A DNA stretch of 55,091 bases, counting the filler, from Sphacelaria rigidula (taxonomy: Eukaryota): assembly GCA_964200075.2 (NCBI GenBank). It is 6 parts of 6 records of this genome, joined end to end, with 100 filler letters (N's around TTAATTAATTAA, not from the genome) between each part and the next. Parts side by side here need not be neighbours in the genome. Positions count along the whole stretch, not along the records: positions 45,994 to 55,091 come from CAXNAA020009304.1; 5 more parts are not named here. One strand, written 5' to 3'. The position numbers were made by a program, and so were the translations under genes. The notes below the pieces were generated by a model, which was not told the DNA's origin, made no database searches, and was given only the letters and a program-made list of their open reading frames with translations. Shown piece after piece: positions 46,991 to 55,091 of the stretch. Each line of letters begins with the position of its first letter. Position 1 is the stretch's first letter.

Positions 46991-48766
46991 AAAGCCTGGA
47001 TTTGCTTTTGAGGTTCACCATGTGGGTGAGGTTTAACTGACCATCGAAATTTCATTTGTTTCGTCCAAAAGGCTCGGGATTCGCAAGCGGATTTGACCAT
47101 GTAACCCTAACCCAGAAGTTTCTGCACGGCAGCGCAAGCATGATGATGATCAGTCCAACAGAGAAACCGCCGTCATTGTGCGGCATCTTCTGAGCAGGGC
47201 TTGCGTCTAAGCGCTACGAAACACGTAACAAAGCGTGCTGAAAACATGCTTCTTTGGACTAGTCATCGAGTTTTCGAGCGCCTCTTGTTGAGTATCTGAG
47301 AGAAAGTTCATACTGCTGCGCCGGCGGAGACCGCCGTCAGCGAAACGATCCAATGCGGTGACAGACGCCAGCAATCTTTGAAACGGAGCATCATTCAGCA
47401 GTCTGCTAAAATATACCAGCACACTGGAGTACAGCATCACTACAGTACAGTTGTTAGTTGGATAAAATGGATGCTCCACAATGAAGCTGCAAACACACAC
47501 AACGGGGGTAAGGGTTAGTCCCACGCTTGGGGTTGTTTCGCCAGTAGTGCCCATGCGAGGCGCTTCATCCAGTCTGAACCAGCTATCACGCCTTGTATGG
47601 CCACTTCTGCCGTGGCTGTGTTGAGAACCGGTTTCGCGGTGGGGCTGTCGAAGGATACTAGTGTAGTGCAACGCGCTTGCAAAATCCGAGACGTTTTTTT
47701 CTACTTAGAACCCGCATCAGCTGTGGTTTGAATATCCCTCCTGACGGTCCCAAACGGGGCCTGATCCAGCCACGGAAAGCGCTGGCACCCTCTCCCTCAG
47801 ATAGGATTTGTGACAAATGTGGAACCACCTGCTTCTGTAGCAGACAAAAAGTTAAAAGACAAATAGTGTTTCGGGCTCTTCACTTCGGCCGAACAAAAAC
47901 AAGCAGCCACTTTTGCAAGCAGAGAGGGCTGAGGAAATGAAGAAGAGCTGGGTAAGCTTGGCAGAGTGATTGCAAGGACAGTGGAGACCACCGAATCCAA
48001 GCATACTCAATCCTGGAACAAAAAGCAAAAAACCTCTACACGTACGTAGGATTAAATCGTATAATCCAATTCCACCTCGCTAATGCTGACGCGGTTGCCT
48101 TGCCAGTTCCTTAGCTCGGATCAACTGCAAACTTGCACAAAAGATATCGTACAGCTTACGTGGTCTATTACTCTGCTAAAGTACCTATCATTGACAAATC
48201 ATGGCAACACGCCTACTCCAGCAATATCCTAGTTGAAGCGTCGTTCAAACAGGTAGACTATAAATCAACACAAAAGAGGTACTCTGCGTAAAAAAGATAT
48301 GAATGAAACGATGTTACATGGGTCGTAGTTTCGTTGAACCATAATAGGTCATACTGCTATCTTTTGTCGCAAAGACTTCATTCAAACCCAATGAATATAG
48401 GCTGTATAGTCTAGATTTTTGCAACACCCCCCAATGAATGAGATATGTTGCTACCAAAGAAAGTTGTGTACTCAACACACTACGCATAGTAGTAAGCAAT
48501 GCAGTCAAACGAAAATAAACAACATACATCAACTGTTGTACCATTTCTTGTTTGTACTGTACTGTCATTTTTTGAACAAAAATGAGTACGAACTAATTAG
48601 ACCCCGCATGCGCACGTACGTGTGTATGCACTACTTGTATGATAATCAAATTACACGAACCCTGTTGAAGGAAATTCCTTCAGCAATAAAGATGTGCAAC
48701 GAAATCCTCCGGAAAGGTTCTGTGAACCGTACAGTGACAAGCAAGTGGCATCAGATGCCATATAAA

Positions 48767-48858
48767 CCCTGTCCTCCTGTGTGACGCCGGTTGGTGCGCC
48801 CACATAAACCGAAAGGTGTAGACCGGCGTCCAGAATAGATGGGACGACAACACATACC
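48767..48858 (+). mobile_element. 3' fragment of the CA-tail SINE
   Basis: CCTCCTGTGTGACGCCGG...CCCACATAAACCGAAAGGTGTAGACCGGCGTCCAGAATAGATGGGACGACAACAC is a third copy of the family. Confidence 0.75.
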
Positions 48859-50261
48859 CTGTGAAATCAACGAATAGAACATCGTTCCAACAAAATATCA
48901 TCTCGCAAGTTGCTTCTTGACACGAGAGTTGAACCACAGAGGTCACTACGTGCACTTCTGTTTTATGCAGAATGTCCCCTGAAATTTGTGTTCTGTCACA
49001 ACGTGCTCTCAAAAGGTAATACAGGCAAATAAAAAACTCATACATGCTTGACATAACACATCATGTGGTTCACTGTACTGTCCTACAATGTGCGACAATC
49101 ATACTGTATGCGCACGCATTTTTCACCTGTTTACCCATAATCAATCATGCTTAGCAACATCTATGCAAAATAGCAAACCTAACAAAAAAATAATAGCACT
49201 GTACTAATAATGTGCTTTGTTGTATTACTTCTTCTGCCCCAACGCTTATGAGCGGGACTGTGACAGCTAGTTGATACTCGACTTCAAAGCATATGGGCGT
49301 ATTGCGCAATCAAAAACTTCTGTACACAGGTTGATCAACGAATTCACTCTTGTACGGTACAATACTCGCGCTAGACATTTTTCAAATAAAGCGAGGTCCT
49401 GCATACAGACCAATGCAGTATTAAAAACACAATTACGAAACCTCGAATCAATTGCCATGCTTGCCATCGACGCGCTATGGTATACATCTCTCCCCGAATA
49501 ATGATTTAGGAAAATTCGTGATACTTGTGTACAGTCAAACGAGCAACAAAAGGGTATACGTCCATACCATGTTTTACTGCGCTACCAGTCAAGCATTCTG
49601 TAGAAAACGGTGATTAGTGGCGTTTGTTGATGTCGCTGGGTCCGTCCTCGATAATGGTATTGTAGTTGTAGTGGCGTTCATTGATCTTGTTAGGTTTGTT
49701 CTCGGTGGTGATGCTGTAGTTCTCGCCTCAGTCCGTGCCTTCACTCTATCGTAGTTGCTGCTGTAGTATGTAGTGGTTGTGTAAACAATCCAAACAGTGA
49801 AGTGCTGCACAACCTGATCGCACGAAGAAGTGTTCCGCTTCAAGCAAACACGGGAAGTTCAAGTGACATGATGTTGTAGTACGTCCTGTGCTCCGAGAAG
49901 AGCGACGTTACTGGTGACGCTCGAGTGCGCTGAGGGTGTGCTCCTGGATGCTGGCTTCTCGATAGTGGATGCTTTCCTCGGGCTTGCTGGTGGAGTCACC
50001 CGGGAAGGTTGCTTCTTGAAGAAGCAGGTGATGGTTTTCGATTGTTGTGCTGATTGCCCTTGCTGATGGGGATATTCTGTACCGCGTCTCCTGCGCTCGA
50101 TGTTCGTGGGGTGTTAAATGGCCCCGCTTTTCACGCAGGAGGGTGAGGTAGCTAGCCCCTGCTGCAGTACTGATGAGCCTGTTCACTTCTCTGATGTATC
50201 CTTTCTCCTCTCGTGCTGTTGTAATTTTGATGCCGGAATTGCCCTGATTTTTTATCTTGGG

Positions 50262-50320
50262 CTGCTGCTGCTGCTGATGATGATGCTGATGCTGCTGCTG
50301 CTGCTGCTGATGCTGATGTT
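50262..50320. repeat. Compound (CTG/ATG)n trinucleotide microsatellite
   Basis: Interleaved CTG and ATG runs; reads as poly-Gln/His on the minus strand. Confidence 0.85.
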
Positions 50321-51021
50321 GGTACGGCTGATGTTTATAATGACAATGACGGCGATGGGGGTGATGATGGTCACGGTTCTTCAGCTGTGAAGTTGTCAGC
50401 TTTTTTTGTTGTAAAATATGGGATAACATTAGTTCCTGTATCCCTGTCGTAATATCTGCGCCTGCTGTGTTTGCGGCTGCAGAGTTGACACGCTTGTTCT
50501 TTTCCTGAGATTTCAAATTTCGTTTATTATCGGTACTGATGCATGCAGCTGCAGGCTTGACCCATGAAGATATAGATTTAGTGTAGTTTCGACTCTTGCT
50601 CATTTCCCGGCTGAACGGCACACTGTTTTGACTCTTCTACCGAATGCTGTCGGAGGCGGTTCTGCGATCTTGACGACTCCTGTCGGTTTGATGTCCGGTG
50701 GAGACATTGCGGCTGATAGTGCTGTGCCCATCCCCATTCATTCTCCCGATACTACCTTGGTCGTGAGTGCTGACTCGATCCTTTTGTTCAAGATTTTCAA
50801 ATTTTAAATAACCTGCATACTCATGTAGTATAACGCTTCACCACAGTTGCTAATCGGAATTTAAAATTTTCCTAGGTCTACTTAGGAATGAATCGAAAAG
50901 ACGGCTGATACGCCTTTTGTCACTGCCTCTACGGGAGAGAAAAAATGTCTCCCCAGACCTGGAACAATCACGGCAGGGAGCTGAACAGAGCGCTGGATTC
51001 CTTCAGAATAAGCGACGATGG

Positions 51022-51265
51022 TGTTAATAACGCCGGTGGCGCAAATACGCCATTACGTTGAGTTGGCAGTGATGACCTGGATCATGACTGGGGGCACGGG
51101 TATTCTGGAGGATTCTGGGAGAATTCTGGATAATGATCGGGGACACGGGCATAATACCCCGCGTGTCTAGAAGGTTGGTGCCTGGTAGGGCACTCCATTG
51201 TAATGAAATGTTGTGAAGGCTGACAACTGAAACTGACGCCAGTGAAACTGGGCAGTCCCTCAACA
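51022..51265 (+). repeat. Probable 5' LTR of the gypsy element
   Basis: Starts TGTT and ends AACA, contains ATTCTGG repeats, and is followed by GCGGTGATCC (possibly a mutated TGG-type primer-binding site). No second LTR is in the window to confirm it. Confidence 0.5.
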
Positions 51266-53521
51266 GCGGTGATCCACCCGTTAGTTCTTCTTCTGGCTGG
51301 CGTCACAATATCGATATTAGTGTTGGTGCTAGAAATAGTACCTAGCAGAACCTGCCGGAAGGATTTCGGCGGAGGAGTCGGGCGGCTGATAACCTGAAGC
51401 ATCACGGACGCGTGGAGGGGGTTCAAGCTGATGGTAGCTGCAGAAAGGCGGCTGACCTGTGATTGATCCAGGCTAGAGACTTGCTGAAGCTGCGTGCAGC
51501 GGGAGTTTGGAGGCTCCTACAACTGCGTGGTGTGGCGACGAAGCAAGGAAGCGTGCAATTCGCGAAGGACCGCTGGCCTACGAAAGCTTTGCACGTAGCC
51601 GGCTGCATGCAGCTATGGCGACCGGTTTGCGTAGTACGTGCAGCGTGACGCCCGTGCTTATGTAGGAAACGTTGCGACCTCTCCAATGCGGGGATAGGTT
51701 CTCCGAGAGTGCGTCTCGCACTTTCTTTACGAAGTACACAGAGTACAGCAAGCGTGTGGAGCACGCTCACACAGGGGGTGCAGTGCGACACCAGGTAGGT
51801 AGTGTCGATGGCTCAACAAGTACCGATGCATGTGCAAAGAGTGTTTGCGCGTGTGAAACATGAAAAGAGCACAATCACCCCGCCGCAGTTGGTTGCGGTG
51901 ATCAGAAAGCATGCTGGGCATACCCCGGGCACTTGCCACTGTTGTGGCCAGGTCGGTCATTACGCGCGCGATTATCCAACGTCTTTCGGTGGAGAGTCTG
52001 GGCAGTCTCATGCCGCGCGCCATCAGCATCGTCAGCACGAGGGCAAAAGACGAGGTAATCGGGGTGGTGGCAGCGGTGGATCCTCCGGCGGTGGAGGGTC
52101 GTAGTCGAGTTCTCAGCAGCAGCAGGAGCAGCAGGAACCGCTGGAACAGCAGCGGTGTCAGTATGGGTCCGGTTCTGGGTCCGGTGCCGCCGTAGGTGCT
52201 GCTGCTCCGCAACGCGCGGTGCAGGTGGAACCAGTTTTTACACTGTCGAACACTGTGCCGGCGCCGATGGTGGCGTCGGTGGCGACACCGGCAGCAGCGC
52301 CAGGCGTGACGCATGCTGATGCGCCGGTGGGAGGTTCGCCAGACTCTTGGTCTACTGGCTGGGGGTCGTACCCGCCGGCAGTGCTGTTTCGACCTGCCGG
52401 GGCGTCTTCGCCTGCGCAGCTTGCGCAGCCGTGGCGTCAAGGAGGATTAGCGGCGCATCGATCGGCGAATGAAGTGCCCGTGGAGTTTGCGGATATATAC
52501 GTTCCTGCAAAGCTGTGTTTTTCAAATCAACGGGAGCGTGGAGCAATTGCGGCTCGGGCTGTGTGGGCTTCTGGTACCCCCTTCACGAGTCACGTGAGTC
52601 TGTCGGTGCAGATTGTAGAGATGTTGGAGCGTCTTCTCCCGGGTGTGCCGCTGCGCATTCCGTTTTCGCTCGGGGCGCGGCAGGCCGTCACCGCGTTGGG
52701 GTAGCATGTTCACGTCACAGAGCGTACGCTTCCGCTGCAGCTGACTTTCACGATTTCCTGAGGGCCAGCGCCGTCGCCTTCGATCTCGTTTGTGATCATG
52801 CCGGGGTCGGATGGCGTCATTCTTCTGGGGTTGCCGACGCTCGAGGATCTTGGAGTCGACCCGTACGCGCGTTTGTGGGACTCTATGAAGATGCGGATGT
52901 CTCCGCCTAGTCCACGCTTGGAGACGCCCGCCTTTTTGGGCAGTCGTCGCGTGAGCTTGTCGGCGGATGCTTTTCAGGAGGCTGGGTAGCAGGTGACCGA
53001 GGAGCGGGATGCGGCGGTGGAACGCTTGGCAGAGCGCGGCCCGGAAATGCATATGGTTCCGACGGAAGAGAAGTCCGCTTGGAAGGTCGAGCTCGAGGGG
53101 AGCGTGATGGATGCTGTGGCGGAAGGCCTCAGTGTCTCAATAGCCGAGTGCCTGCGTGGCATATTGCATCGCCGCGTCAACGCGTTTGGTCGCGCGCTGC
53201 AGGGTGATCCCCCTGCGTGCGTGGAGCCCATGCGTGTTCAGCTCAAACCTGGGGCGCCCGCGGTGAAGATGAAGCCGCGGCGGTATGATCCGGTGAAGCC
53301 GAGTTGGTTGGCGTCGTGGATGGCGGCTCTTTTAGCGCTTGGGTTGATGTTACGGAACTTGTGGGCGGGGTTGTCGAGTCCAGACATGGTGTTTTCGAAG
53401 AAGGCTGCATCGTGGACGGAGGGCAGGCTGCAGGCGCAAGCCGCAGCGAAGGATCTAGTGACTCATGCCGTGACGCTGTTCCACCCTGGTCATGATTGTC
53501 AAGTGTCGATGTTTCCGGATG

Positions 53522-53670
53522 ACTAATGCCGATATAGCCCCCCCCCCCAAAAAAAGTGCATCGGAGACCAAATGAGTCGCGTCGTGTGGCACGAAACCAG
53601 CTCTAACGGTATTTATCATCATCGCCTCCGTGCACTGTTTTGGCCGGTTCGGGGCTATCTCGGCAGCAGT
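53522..53670. mobile_element. 149-bp MITE inserted in the gypsy RNase H
   Basis: TIRs ACTAATGCCGATATAGCCCC and GGGGCTATCTCGGCAGCAGT match at 17/20. CGGATG is duplicated at 53516-53521 and 53671-53676. Removing the insert and one copy restores TTTCCGGATGCATCTGAG = FPDASE. Confidence 0.85.
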
Positions 53671-55091
53671 CGGATGCATCTGAGTGCCATTGGGGTAGTT
53701 TTGTGACGCAGGTGCCTAAAGTTAAAATACAAAGACGCTTGCTGGTTGAGGATATGACGCATAAACCGCTGGATTTCCTCAGTGGTAATTTCAAAGGTTC
53801 GCAGTTGCGTTGGGTCACAAGTGACAAGAAAGGGTTGGCTATCGTGAGCACTTTCCGCCATTTGGAACATCTTTTGTGGGATGGCTTGCACATTTTCACG
53901 GATCACCGAAATCTCGCGTATATTTTCAACCCGGAAGCGTGCGTTACGTCTGTGTCGAGACATTGGCACCACGTTTGGAGAGTTGGAAAGCTGTTATTGG
54001 CCAGTATCGTTACTCGATTCACCATATTTTGGATGACCGTAACGCATGAGGTGATTTGCTCTCGCGTTGGGTGAATATTCTGGCTTTGCTTGTGCGCGCT
54101 GTGGCTGTGCATGGTCCGTGTGAACCTGATGACTCGATGCCGTCCAAATCTGTTGTCTGTCAAGCGCAACGAAAAGACCTTGGGGCCGAAGATGCGGATG
54201 TGCAATCTTTCGAGTCGGACGTTGGTACTGCTATTTTGAACAATGAAGGTCCGTTTCGTGTACATGTGCGTGGCCGAAACGGTTTGTGGATTCCGAGTTC
54301 TGACAAGCAGTTGCAGATACGTCTGATGATTTGCGCGCACATGCGCGACGCCGGGCATCGTGATGTGGCTACGATGCTCGTGCGCTTGCAAGAGGTTTGT
54401 GTCTGGCAAGGGATAGAAGCTCATGTGCGCGAATTTGTCCGCCTGTGTCTTCACTGCGCTGACTCGAGGGCGGGCGATGTTGTTCCCCGCCAGCTCGGTG
54501 AAACGGTCCATGGGACCATGCCGAATAAAGTCGTTCATTTTCACTTCTTGTACGTGGGCTAGAGTGGCCCGCTAGCTTCCCAAGGTTTGTGGGAGGACGC
54601 TGGGTTTCGATACATTTAGGTAATCATGGATGACTGACTTTAGCGACTTGATGTCTCTCTAACCAGTAGCAGTGTGTACTGCTGAATCGACTGCTTCATC
54701 TTTGCTAAATTGATGCAAAACTTTGGGGATGCCGCGTGTGTGGGTGAGTGATACCGCCACGCATTTCGAGAATGCGATCTTGGCTCGATTGTGAGAGGCT
54801 CTGCACTTCGACCACCAGTTTCCGGTGGCGTATTCTCCGTGGTCTAATGGTACGTGCGAACGCACGATCAAGGAAATAGTTTGTGCTCTTCGCCCTATTC
54901 TTCTCGAGCAGCGTAGAGTGGTTTCCGAGTCGGTGGACGTGTTGCCTGCGGTGCAATGGGCGCTCAATATAGCGTATCGTCATCTTTACGATAGTACGCC
55001 GTACCCCGTGATGTACGCCACCCCCCCGCAACGCCCCCGACCCGACGGGGCACCGCGCACTACGCGACGTGAACCCACAAAAGCAGCAAGA

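Larger units (their letters stand above)
51022..55020 (+). mobile_element. Degenerate Ty3/gypsy LTR retrotransposon (gag-PR-partial RT-RNase H-IN)
   Basis: Gag knuckle CHCCGQVGHYARDY (51934-51975, last Cys lost); protease tail ILLGLPTLEDLG; RT start EPMRVQLKPGA..KPRRY; RNase H FPDASE, FTDHRNL; integrase HxxxxGH..CLHC, WVSDTATHF, SNGTCER. Domain order is gypsy-type. Many stops and frameshifts. Confidence 0.95.

Overview
This is eukaryotic, intron-rich DNA, most likely from a brown alga or another stramenopile (inferred from gene structure and repeat types; I cannot name the species). It is not one locus. Six unrelated assembly pieces of 9099, 9099, 9099, 9098, 9098 and 9098 bp are joined by identical artificial 100-bp linkers (N44-TTAATTAATTAA-N44), so adjacency across linkers means nothing and most genes are truncated. 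Recognisable spliced genes, mostly missed by the ORF track: CKS1 exon 1 (minus), a caprin-like coiled-coil gene (plus), the first two exons of adenylosuccinate lyase (minus), six exons of CFAP298/C21orf59 (plus), a six-exon gene with KA1-like and ARM-like regions (plus), and a low-complexity unknown gene (minus). Mobile DNA: a degenerate Ty3/gypsy element lacking its RT core with a MITE in its RNase H motif, an RTE-type LINE fragment, two tRNA-derived SINE families, a PIF/Harbinger-type MITE containing a SINE, piggyBac-like MITE ends, and several ~42-bp tandem arrays. I found no CRISPR array, no prokaryotic operon and no convincing novel multi-gene system. The best leads are the small non-autonomous elements, the 42-bp arrays and the unassigned genes.
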